Below, one piece after another: positions 25,735-39,015 of a stretch of 64,000 nt of DNA. The stretch is from the NCBI RefSeq assembly GCF_006345805.1, contig NC_042997.1, forward strand, positions 170,748,001-170,812,000, read 5' to 3'. Numbering within the stretch: the first letter of the stretch is position 1; the number at the start of each line of letters is the position of its first letter. Source of the stretch: Octopus sinensis. Lineage: Eukaryota. The notes below the pieces were generated by a model. The model made no database searches. It had not been told where the DNA came from and worked only from the letters and a program-made list of their open reading frames with translations. A program made the position numbers and the translations under genes.

Positions 25735-25750
25735 TATGTATGAATGTATG

Positions 25751-25782
<32 letters not shown>

Positions 25783-25858
25783 TGTATGTATGTATGTAGT
25801 AGTATGTATGCATGTATGTATGCATGTATGCTTTTATGTATGTATGTATGTATGTATG

Positions 25859-25889
<31 letters not shown>

Positions 25890-26365
25890 ACATGCATGTA
25901 GGTATGTATGTATGTACGTATGTATGTATGTATGTATGTATGTATGTATGTATGCATGCATGTATGTATGTATGTATGCATGTATGCTTGTATGTGTATG
26001 CATGTATGTATGTATGTATGCATGTATGTATGTATGTATGTATGCATGTATGTATGCATGTATGCTTTTATGTATGTATGTATGTATGTATGTATGTATA
26101 TATGTATGTATGTATGTATGTATACATGCATGTAGGTATGTATGTATGTATGTATGTATGTATGTATGTATGTATGTATGCATGCATGTATGTATGTATG
26201 TATGCATGTATGCTTGTATGCGTGTATGCATGTATGTATGTATGCATGTACGTATGTATGTATGTATGCATGTATGTATGCATGTATGCTTTTATGTATG
26301 TATGTATGTATGTATGTATGTATGTATGTATGTATGTATATATGTATGTATGTATGTATGAATGC
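25735..26365. repeat. (TATG)n compound microsatellite with ~235-bp higher-order duplication
   Basis: The same order of variant motifs (GCTTTTATG, TATACATGCATGTAGG, GCTTGTATG) recurs. Confidence 0.9.
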
Positions 26366-26404
26366 ATGTATAAATTGACTGTTATGTCTTGGTGTTTGTA
26401 TATG

Positions 26405-26800
26405 TTTGTTATTTCTTTATTGCCCACAAAGGGCTAAACATGGAGGAGACAAACAAGGACAGACAGGGGGATTAAATTGATTACATCGACCCCAGTGCGT
26501 AACTGGTACTTAATTTATCGACCCCGAAAGAATGAAAGGCAAAGTCGACCTCGGCGGAATTTAAACTCTGAACGTAACGGCAGATGAAATACCTATTTCT
26601 TTTACTACCCACAAGGGGCAAAATACAGAGAGGACAAACAAGGACAGACAAACGGATTAAGTCGATTACATCGACCCCAGTGCGGAACTGGTACTTATTT
26701 AATCGACCCCGAAAGGATGAAAGGCAAAGTCGACCTCAGACGAAATACTGCCAAGCATTTCAGTCGGCGTGCTAACGATTCTGCCAGCTAGCCGCCCTTG
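26405..26800 (-). mobile_element. SINE family B with tandem partial duplication
   Basis: Two tails in tandem, junction at 26593/26594; head at ~26800. Confidence 0.85.
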
Positions 26801-27162
26801 TATAAATATGTTTGAGTGCGCGCACGCGCGTGTGTGCGCGTGCACGCAGGCACGGGCGTGTCGCGTCCGTGAAACCTTTGTATTTGCTTTGAAAGTTTCT
26901 TGATGTGAAATCATGGGTTTTGCTTCAGATGTTCTATTGTAGTTGAGTCGTTCTACCAATGAAATACTCGTACTGATTATTTTTGTCAGTATTAACCAAC
27001 AGGTTTACTAATTTATCAATGAATTAATGGGATGCTTCAAAAGGTTCCGACAACCAAACTGATTGATTGATTAATTGATCAAACGATTTGTTAAGCAATC
27101 GTTTAGTTAATTAGTTAACTAGTTCGCTAATAGCAGTAATGATAATAAAAATAATAATAATG

Positions 27163-27216
<54 letters not shown>

Positions 27217-27224
27217 GATGAAAT

Positions 27225-27830
27225 ACAAGCGGTTTTTTTTGAACGCCGGAGAAAAGTACTTAACGGTATTTCGTCTGTCTTTATGTCCTGGGTTCAAATT
27301 CCGCCGAGGTGGACTTTGCCTCTCATCCTTTCGAGGTCAATAAAATAAGTACCAGTCGAACGTTGGGGGTCAATGTAATCGACTAACCTCCTCTCCTCAA
27401 AACTGCTTGCCTTGTGTCAAAATTTGAAGCCAATATGTTCTCGCAAGATAAAGCGGCGAGCTGGCAGGATCGTTAGCACACAGCGGCATTCCGTCTGTCT
27501 TTAAGGCGGCGAGCTGGCAGAAACGTTAGCACGCCGGGCGAAATGCTTAGCGGTATTTCGTCTGCGTTACGTTGTGAGTTCAAATTCCGCCGGGGTCGAC
27601 TTTGCCTTTCATCCTTTCGGGGTCGATAAATTAAGTACCAGTTACGCACTGGGGTCAATGTAATCGACTTAATACCTATGTCTGTCCTTGCTTGTCCCCT
27701 CTGTGTTTAGCCCCTTGTGGGTAATAAAGAAATAGGCATTCCGTCCGTCTTTACGTTCTGAGTTCAAATTCCACCGAGGTAAACTTTGCCTTTCATCCTT
27801 TTGAGGTCGATAAAATAAGAACAGACTAAT
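27225..27830 (+). mobile_element. Cluster of family B SINE copies (degenerate, full length, and partial duplicate)
   Basis: Full copy 27503-27734 followed by a restart GGCATTCCGTC at 27735. Confidence 0.85.
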
Positions 27831-27964
27831 ATTGGGGAAGAATGCGAGCTCTAACTCGTCTGTATAAATTCGGAAGTACTGTTTTTTGGATATTAGTCTG
27901 TTGGATGACGCTTGGTCGAATGAATATCTTAATTATTAGTGCTCTCAAATTTATAATTGAAATA

Positions 27965-28035
27965 CTATACTGAAGACGGAAATAAGTGAGTAAGGATAAA
28001 CTTTACATCTCTTTAATCCAGAAACGCGTATATAG
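27965..28035 (+). ncRNA. Type I hammerhead ribozyme motif (one core-proximal mismatch) in a PLE-tail-like repeat
   Basis: CUAUA-CUGAAGA-CGGA...UCCA-GAAA-CGCGU-A-UAUAG: 5-6 bp stem I, palindromic stem III (ACGCGU), GUA cleavage triplet, C.A mismatch at 10.1-11.1. Confidence 0.72.
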
Positions 28036-28219
28036 TTGATCAAAGCCGGGTGGATTCGTTATTTTTTCTCTTTGCCTGCGTGAGTTGGGAGTATTTTTGT
28101 CTGGGAGATATTTTATGGTAGTAGAATAGTATTTAACTGCTATTTCTAAATTTCGGTATGTGGTGATGCAATTTTGCTGAATCCTAGCTCTAATTATGCT
28201 TATAATTATAGAATTTTTT

Positions 28220-28255
<36 letters not shown>

Positions 28256-28361
28256 ATTTAAATAATGAGGGAGATAAATTGAATATTAATTTAATTAAAA
28301 TCAATTTAAAACCAGTAGTCTAGCATACAAAAATCTGAAAAATCAGAGAAAATTCTAATAC

Positions 28362-28663
28362 ATGTGTATATTTGAAGGGCAAACCACTATGCGGTCGGCC
28401 GTATGCTAGAAGTAGATCACCTACGATCAAACTACAAAGAAAGGAATGTTCTCTAGAGGAAAATTCAGCGGACACCAGAACGAAATGCGGGCAAGACAGA
28501 TGAAAGTAATTCTGTTTTTTTTTATTTAATTTTCATCTGTCTTGCCCGCATTTCGTTCTGGTACCCGCTGAATTTTCCTCTAGAGAACATTCCTTCTTTG
28601 TAGTTTGATCGTAGGTGATCTACTTATAGCATACGGCCGATCACATAGTGGTTTGCCCTTCAA

Positions 28664-28673
<10 letters not shown>
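28362..28673. repeat. ~143-bp near-perfect inverted repeat with a 25-nt loop
   Basis: Arms 28362-28505 and 28531-28673; about 6 substitutions and 1 indel by eye. Confidence 0.95.
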
Positions 28674-28748
<75 letters not shown>

Positions 28749-28825
28749 AGAGAGGGGGGAGAGAGAGATGGGAGAGAGAGAGAGATTATTTTGAAATATT
28801 TACCAGCTACTTGTCTTAGAATATA

Positions 28826-29206
28826 AACAAGAGCACTCAGAGAGCACAAACCTCCGCCAAGACAACATCAACATCCTCTCAATGATTAGCCGGAGGCGAT
28901 TTTTAAAATGAGAATATTTGAAATAAATACGACTGCTCTCACAAACGAGAATACTAAAAATGAACCCGACCATTCTCAAAAATTAAGTAAAAAAAAAAAA
29001 AGGGAAAATAATCCAGAATCCTTGTCCGGTACCGGATTGACCCCCAAATCTAATCAGTTCGTGCCAGTCACGAGGTCAAATATCCCTGAAAGTTTCATTT
29101 AAATCCATCCACGGTTCCTGAGATATCTTGTCCACAGAGAAACAAACAAACAAACAAACAAACACGACTGAAAACAATACCTCCGCCTTCGCTAAGGCGG
29201 AAGTAA
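28826..29206 (+). mobile_element. Helentron/Helitron2-type non-autonomous element (HINE/DINE-like)
   Basis: 5' AACAAGAGCACTCAGAGAGCACAAACCTCCGCCAAG, internal (AAAC)n, 3' hairpin CCTCCGCCTT-CGCT-AAGGCGGAAG then TAAT; the CCTCCGCC/GGCGGA motif acts as a subterminal inverted repeat. Confidence 0.65.
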
Positions 29207-30067
29207 TAATATATCTTTAACAGATTATGCCTCCGATTTCGCAGCAGAATGTTACAGATCGAATTCTTCCTTCGGCATCTAACCGACAGATTTGTACGTG
29301 TGGTTTACAGGCTATTGATTCAACTCCAATATCTGACTGGTGTAGATTTTCTCAATTCACAGAAAGGTGAAATTTTAAGTCAACTTCAGTGAGAATCTAA
29401 CTCAAAACGTCGAGGGACAGAATTAAATAGCTAGACGTCCTTTCGCTTTTGTAATTCTACTTTCACTCCATCAGCTGAATTGAAATTTCTCATGGCTTCC
29501 TTTATTTACTTACTTCCTAGGAACAGCACGAGCTGAAGCAGTAATAATTATAATAATACTGCACCTGTTACCAGTCCACATTGAGATTATATGCTTACAA
29601 ACTGGTTAGTCGCAGACATTGTAGGAATACACAGAGGACAGTTATTCTCTTCGTATCTCAAGAAATTCTTCAGACTTCACTTCCATGTCTACCTAAGATT
29701 ATTCCAGACAAACAGTATTCTTTTCCTCATTAGCCATAGTTTTCGATTTATAGAATCCAGTACTTTGCAGTTTGAAAGGAATTTTTTGTCCTTTTCTCAA
29801 AATAAATACTCGACGTTCCGAATAATATTCAGTACAGTCTAATAATTTGATACTCATAATTATTTAGGATTGTTAGAGGCAGACTTATCTTAGGATAATA
29901 TTCCTTCTACTATAGGCACAAAGAGACAGAAGAAATGCTTGCTAAAGATTTTGCCCGGCGTGATAACCATTTTGCCAGATTGCCACCTTGAGTTAAGATA
30001 AAAGTTAAGTTTAGCGTTTAGAGGCTGTGGTAGGGTTAAAGTTTGTGAGTGTACATGCGCTTGCACA

Positions 30068-30104
<37 letters not shown>

Positions 30105-30284
30105 TTTAGTACGTATACACCAAGAAAAAACTCTTACCCCAGTTATAATCCGAGTTAGTAATTTTTATTTTGATGTGTTTCGTGAGTGTAGAATAGCCAA
30201 AGTTTCTTGGCTAAATGAACGCCAAATTCTTTGTCCATCTACGGCCAGTGAAATACATTAAGGCAATGTTAGATTTAATATATA

Positions 30285-30676
30285 AGGGGAGGAAGCACTT
30301 CGTCGGTTACGACGATGAGGGTTCCGGTTGATCCGAATCAACGGAACAGCCTGCTCGTGAAATTAACGTGTAAGTGGCTGAGCACTCCACAGACACGTGT
30401 ACCATTAACGTAGTTCTCGGGGATATTCAGCGTGACACACAGAGTGACAAGGCCGGCCCTTTGAAATACAAGTACAACAGAAACAGGAAGTAAGAGTGAG
30501 AGAAAGTTGTGGTGAAAGAGTACAGCAGGGATCACCACCATCCCCTGCCGGAGCCTCGTGGTGCTTTTTAGGTGTTTTCGCTCAATAAACACTCACAACG
30601 CCCGGTCTGGGAATCGAAACCGCGATCCTATGACCGCGAGTCCGCTGCCCTAACCACTGGGCCATTGCGCCTCCAC
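30285..30676 (-). mobile_element. SINE family C (tail type 1), with TSD
   Basis: 13-bp TSD GATTTAATATATA at 30272-30284 and 30677-30689. Confidence 0.92.
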
Positions 30677-30912
30677 GATTTAATATATATATCAGCACGG
30701 TCTATATAATTCCACTGATGGTGTCTGCTCAAGCAATGAAGACACGAAATAACTGTGACCTAAGTTAGGATTTAATTTTAAAAAACTACGAACATTATTA
30801 CGTCACAAAGACAATGCAAATTATTACATCATAATCAAGCATGCGCGCGCACACACAAACGCAGACATACACATAGTCACTCACACGCGCGGGCGCATCT
30901 CCGGTTGGATTT

Positions 30913-31156
30913 ATTTCTTTTATTGCCCACAAGGAGCTAAACATAGAGGGGACTGACAAGGACAGACAAGGACAGGCAAAGGGATTAAGTCGATTACATC
31001 GACCCCAGTGCGAAACTGGTATTTAATTTATCGACCCCGAAAGGATGAAAGGCAAACTCGACCTCGGCGGAATTTGAACTCAGGACGTAACGGCAGACGA
31101 AACACGGCTACGCATTTCGTCCGGCGTGCTAACGGTTCTGCCAGCTCGCCACCTTA
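30913..31156 (-). mobile_element. SINE family B inserted in the left TIR, 16-17 bp TSD
   Basis: ATCTCCGGTTGGATTT at 30897-30912 and 31157-31172. Confidence 0.92.
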
Positions 31157-31595
31157 ATCTCCGGTTGGATTTACAAGCAAGATGGAAAAGTAAAGAAATA
31201 GGATCTTCTCTGCTGCTATCACAGTTTTCAATTGTTAAAATTTTGTTCCTGTTGTTTCCAAAGTTGGTGTATTGACATGCGGCCTATATCGCCGACTATG
31301 ACTTTATGCTAAACGGTTTAAAAAGCATCTGTTGGCATGTCCCAACGTTTCATGCCACGGAAAAAAAAATTCGAAAATGAATTAGCTTGCAACAGGCTTT
31401 GTTCGGTACGTGACATTGAGAAGTCATAACTATGAGAGAATATCGATGTCTATTGCTGCGAAACGGGATCTAATGTGAGTTATCTCGCTTGACTATGACT
31501 TACTTTCAGGTGTTTTTAACACCAAATGCATTGAGAATGTATTCTCTTACGCCTAAAACGCAACCGATCCACGAAATAACGACACACATCCTGTG

Positions 31596-32133
31596 TACCG
31601 TAAATCCTCGAGTATAGTCCGCCCTTGAGTATAATACGCACGGGATTTTTAGAGGGCTGTACCTCTGAAAAACCTAAACCTTGTGTATAATACGCACCCC
31701 TTCTCTAACTTGAGTCAAGGAGGTCTATATAACGTCCTTGGTTGTAAGAATGCATACGGCAACGTGTAGCTTTTTTGTGCATTTTGTTTGCAGAAAATAA
31801 ATAAATAATGGCGGTGCCCCAGCATGGCCACAGCTCATAAGCTGAAACTAGAATCAATCAATCAATCAACAGTAATAACGTTTAATAAATGTTGCATACT
31901 GCAAGTTATGGATGATTATTTTATGACTTCATTGCTTTCAGGCTTAGCTTAAGGTATTTTCGCGCCCGACATCACAAAATGCGTCTGAATAAACATTGCC
32001 GGACAGCAAATAGAGACTCGAACATTGTTTAGAAAATATCTTTCTGTTTAAACCTCGTATATAGTACGCACTAGGGATTTTGACCTTTAAATTTTGGGGG
32101 AAAAATGCGGATTATACTCGAGGATTTACGGTA
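31596..32133. mobile_element. Tc1/mariner-pogo-type MITE
   Basis: TIRs TACCGTAAATCCTCGAGTATAGTCCGC and GCGGATTATACTCGAGGATTTACGGTA with TA ends; contains a family A SINE tail fragment near 31800-31855. Confidence 0.85.
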
Positions 32134-32336
32134 TGTGTGTTCGATTTTGTTTATGTACCTCAAGCTGCTTCTTAAACCAGTTAGCATATAGTCGCAGTCT
32201 GCCGTATAGCTTGTGTATGTCAATACACCAAACTTGGAAACAGCTGGAACGAAATTAAAATGATTGAAAACTGCGACAGCAACAGAGAATATCCCACTTC
32301 TTTACTTTTCCATCTGGCTTGTAAATCCAACCGAAG

Positions 32337-32368
<32 letters not shown>

Positions 32369-32902
32369 ATGTGTGCGCGCCTGCATGTTTGATTTATGTG
32401 TGTGTGTTGTCTTTATTGATTTGGTAATTTCTTTTTGACTTACCCACTTTCTCCCGCTGCTCATTCTTCTCCCACTGTCTCTCTCACACACATAATACTC
32501 TGTCTCTGTCTGTCTGCTTGTCTGTCTGCTTGTCTGTCTCTCTTTCACACGCACATAGACACACGCACGCGTGATCTCATTATATCTAAGGATGGATGGA
32601 TGGATGGATAGATGGATGGATGGCTAGATAGATGGATGGATATAAATATATGTACTTGTGTGTGTATTTTATGTGACGTAGCATGCAGATACATACATTC
32701 TGATTTCCTCTTTCTCACTGTCTGTTTCTCCTCCACCCCCACCCACCATCACAAATTCTCCCTCAGATACATCGTAGAAGATTTCCATCAATTACATTGG
32801 CCTCTACTCAAGCGTTCAATGATATATCGCTTATATCCAATCCTTGTAAACACTTGTTCACATGAAAGATGTGTAGACATGGAATTCCTGTGTGTAGGTA
32901 CA

Positions 32903-32969
<67 letters not shown>

Positions 32970-33255
32970 ACACACACCTCGCAGGACACATACATAAGCA
33001 CACAATCATGCAAGCAAACATGCACGCATATAAATAAACACACAAACTGTGATACATACGTGTTTACTCAAATGTTCGAGCTAATATGTATGTATGTATG
33101 TATGTATCTATGTACGTACGTATGTATGTATGTATTTGTGTGTACGAACGTGCGTATGTATGTGTATCAATCCATCTATACATACATTCACACGCACGCG
33201 AGCACACAGCACACACACATACACACACTTGCCTTTTATCATGCTAAGCAATATA

Positions 33256-33292
<37 letters not shown>

Positions 33293-33414
33293 AATTGAGA
33301 TAGGGGTTGCAAATTCAACCCACCATGGGATAACAGTGGTTCAATAAAGTATATGATTGGGCATTATCTGGTAGTTGATAAATGATTTAGATGTATTTCT
33401 CCATTTTCTTATTT

Positions 33415-33453
<39 letters not shown>

Positions 33454-33467
33454 CTTAATTATAAATA

Positions 33468-35285
<1,818 letters not shown>

Positions 35286-35288
35286 ATC

Positions 35289-35319
<31 letters not shown>

Positions 35320-35667
35320 TTTATATATATATAAAACATAAACGTGTCAGATCTTGTTTACACGTGGTTGTAGATATTTAAGAAATAAAAATTTGTAAAA
35401 ATACACAGGAGGTTTGTATGATAAAATTTATGCTAATATTAATATCATAATGAAACAAAAAGTTGCAACAACAAAAATGGCGTCCCCATGAGTTAAAACT
35501 GAGACTTTGGAAGTTCGATAAGCATAAGACGCGAACCGGTACTCCCAGTTTATTTTATTATGTGTTGTAATACAACTCTTTGTTTCATTTTGATATTAAT
35601 ATTAGCATAAATTTTATTATACAAACCTCCTGTGCGTTTTTACATATTTTTCTTTCTTAAAAAGAAA

Positions 35668-35700
<33 letters not shown>

Positions 35701-35712
35701 TGTATGTATGTA

Positions 35713-35753
<41 letters not shown>

Positions 35754-35802
35754 GTGTGGTGCGTGTGTGTGAATATATGTATATATGCATATATATATTT
35801 AT

Positions 35803-36930
35803 AGAGCTGGGCGTAAGTCCGTTAATCGTTAATTAACGAAGTTAACATTTTCGCTAACGATTTGACTTTTAAGTTAACTTTGAAAATCATTATCGGACTA
35901 ATTAACTTCCATTACACTTAACTTCCGTTAACTCAAGTCCGTTAATTCCAAAATTTCATAAAACCCGGTAAACATTTAAAAGGCCAAAAAAGCTGATTTT
36001 ATGGTTTCGGCACTTTTTAACACTTCAGTGTTTAAACCGGCCAAAATCCGTCGTATCTAATTCCTCTACGAAATCTTTTAAAAGATAAACAAATCACGTT
36101 AGTGAATTCCCGTAGCTTTGAGATAATGTCAGGGTTTTTCTTCCACAAAGCACAGAACTGGGGAAAAAAGCAAAAGTAACTGACGTGGATGTCAACAGAG
36201 AAAATATTGACTTTCATCAAGTGGAAAAATAAATGGCAGGAAAAAAGTTGGTAAGTATTTTCGGTATGAACGCAAATAGCCGTTACGTGTGGTAGCAGGA
36301 CATGCTAGAAATAACAATCAAATCTTTCCTTTTCTGGAAAAAGAAGCCGTTTATGCGTGATTTCGATGTCACATTCGTTGAAAGCATACAAAATAACCTA
36401 GTAAAAACGCCGCGGAAAAAAACTTCGAGGTCCCCATCACCTTTTCTACCTTTCTTTTCCGGAAAAAAAGTGGCTTGCGACGAGTTTGGAGGTCAGATAC
36501 ATTGAATGCACCCGAAAAAAAAAAAAACTGTGGAAAATATTATTCCACACCGAGGTACGAAATATTTAGCGAAAGAATAAAACCATGTACCAATTATAAT
36601 TGTATTTTAATTAATTCAAATTAATGTAGCTCATCTTGAAAAGTGGCAAAATTTTTGTCGGTTGCCATCTGGGATAATTTTAGTAACAAATCAAACAGGT
36701 AAGATGCATTAATAATTTCAAATTTAGTGTTCACCCATACACGCAATTTATAGGATATAAGCGATTATTTGGTGAAAATTTCGTTAAAAAGTATCCATTT
36801 TTCTGGAATTATGAAGCAACAAAGTCGGTGGGTTATTAAACTGTAGTTACGCTTTTTTCAATAAAAGTTCACGTCAACGGATAAATAAATGATTAACAAA
36901 GTTAACTTTTTGATTATAACGAAGTTAAAT
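35803..36930. mobile_element. Probable hAT-type non-autonomous element with GTTAAC-rich subterminal repeats
   Basis: Left end TAGAGCTGGGCG; clusters of GTTAA/TTAAC motifs at both ends; right terminus not clear. Confidence 0.45.
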
Positions 36931-37719
36931 TTTCGATTATATATATCTGTCCCCCTCCCTTTCTCAGCCTTCCTTCTTTCTGGTTTCCTTTTCTTCTATC
37001 TTAATTTCTCTCCCTCCCTCTCTTTCATTCTTCATTCTTTCTGATTTTCTCTACAACCATTCCTCTTTTTTCTCTCCCCTTCCCTTTCTCTTACTCCTCC
37101 TCCCCTGTCCCGTCGCTGGTCAGCGATGAGGAAATACTGTCTTTTCTGACCTTCCTTCACTCGAGTGTAGACAGCATTTTCTGTGGCTCCTTCGCCGTTC
37201 TAAAAAATAGCGTTCATAATATTTTATCTCGTTCGGTTTAACAGCCCTTCTTGTTTGTGTTACTGTTATTCTCCTTGTCCTGTCTTTTACTGTTTATATT
37301 TTGTACTGTCGTTACTGTCCTGTTTTTGTTACCATTTTTACCCCTCCGCGAAAACATCTCAAATTTTATTTAATTTGCTTTTCTCGGGAAGGAATGTTTC
37401 AGTGGAAGTCGCGTCTCGCCTTCACCTTCGAAACGCGGAGTAGATGAAACCATGGTGACTGAAGAAGGGTAATTTTCCTTGTGTTATTTGTCCTGTACTC
37501 TATTTTTTCATTGTTTAAGAAAAATGTCCAGTAACTTGGTTTTCTCTTTATGTTTTCGTTTCTCATTGTGTTCGACGTTTTTTTTTTTGGTGTCCTGTAC
37601 CCATATATATATGCATGTATATATACATGTAGATGTAGGTACGTACATATATGTATGTATATATGGTATATATGCATATGTTTTATTTATTAATTTGGTA
37701 TATATATATATATATAGTT

Positions 37720-37935
37720 AATCCAAACATGAAAACACAAAGAGAAAACACAACAACGTGGGGACGTGGAACAAGTATAGTGTTATTGGACGCTCAGGAA
37801 AGGAAAGAAAGAAAGAAAGAAAGAAAGATTTAACATTTCGAGTGGAGCTCTTCATCAGGAACATAGGAAAAGGAAAGATCCAAGGAAGAGAAGACGGTGG
37901 GGGGGAAATCGCCAACGGTATACACGCGGTTACAT
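37720..37935 (-). mobile_element. PLE-type 3' tail with a minimal hammerhead-like motif
   Basis: Minus strand CUGAUGA-A-GAG-CUCCA-CUC-GAAA-UGUUA at 37858-37831, in a pyrimidine-rich tail ending at (TA)n; stems I and III are decayed. Confidence 0.55.
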
Positions 37936-38811
37936 CAATGAGAAATGAAGATGTACAGTTGTCAAATCATTACGGCCATTTCAAGCCACTCCTTTAATTG
38001 ATTAATAAAAATATTACATCATTAGAAAGAAACCATTCTCGTCAGATGACCGCATAGACTTCAAACATAGGGGATGAAACCACTGCTTTAACATATTCAT
38101 AGCAATAATGGAACTCAAAATATTTACATTGTTTCTGTTGTTATATCCCTGGCAGAAAGAGTTTAGAAAGTAATGCATGCCTTGTCAAGTCTATTATAAT
38201 ATAGAGAGTAGCAGAGGAAATAGTGGAGCTAAGGAGAAAAAGAGTAGTGACCTAGTTACTTACACTTGGAAGACAATACGAAGAATGTAGTCTTCAACCC
38301 TCTAGAATCAAATCTATTGGGAGTTATCAACTGTATTCTAATTAATGGTGATAAATCAATTAATGTCAGAAAATCTACTAAACTCTCTATATACTGCAAC
38401 CATATATCCAGCTTTGCCTACACAAAAGGGTAGTTGTGTGGAATAGTAATAACGGAATGCCTGATGGAGAAGGGATGATAATTGAAAGAAAGAAGGATAG
38501 GAAGAGCCAATACTTATTTTGTTTATCATATTAAAGGGAAAGATAATGAAAAAACCCAAAGGGATACGTAATATAAATTTAGGGGTAGAATTTAAAATCA
38601 GAGAATAAGGGAGGTGTTATATTATAACTTAGCAAATTTGTAATGTTAAAGCGAGAACATTTATTCAATATATAGAAGGTTAGAAATTAAATTTAGAACT
38701 TAATAATGGGATATTTTAAAATTTAAGAAAAAATATATTAAGACTTTTTATAAACATAGAGTATAGAAGATAATGGTACAAATATTCTATAATGAATATA
38801 CAACGGAATTA

Positions 38812-39015
38812 AAAGGCGGCGAGCTGGTAGAATCGTTAGCACGCCGGGCGAAATGCGTCGCCGTATTTCGTCTACCGTTACGTTCTGAGTTCAAATTCCG
38901 CCGAGGTCGACTTTGAGAACCAGTTACGCACTGGGGTCGATGTAATCGACTTACTCCGTTTGTCTGTCCTTGTTTGTCCCCTCTATGTTTAGCCCCTTGT
39001 GGGTAATAAAGAAAC
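38812..39015 (+). mobile_element. SINE family B with internal deletion and TSD
   Basis: AACGGAATTAAA at 38802-38813 and 39022-39033. Confidence 0.85.

Larger units (their letters stand above)
30897..32340. mobile_element. Non-autonomous element with ~170-bp TIRs hosting nested insertions
   Basis: 31157-31325 is the reverse complement (~80% identity by eye) of 32165-32340. Confidence 0.75.

Noticed and set aside
30711-30757. CUGAUG-GUGUC...GACAC-GAAA hammerhead-like motif
   Set aside because: A9 is missing and stems I and III do not pair; it cannot be supported as functional.
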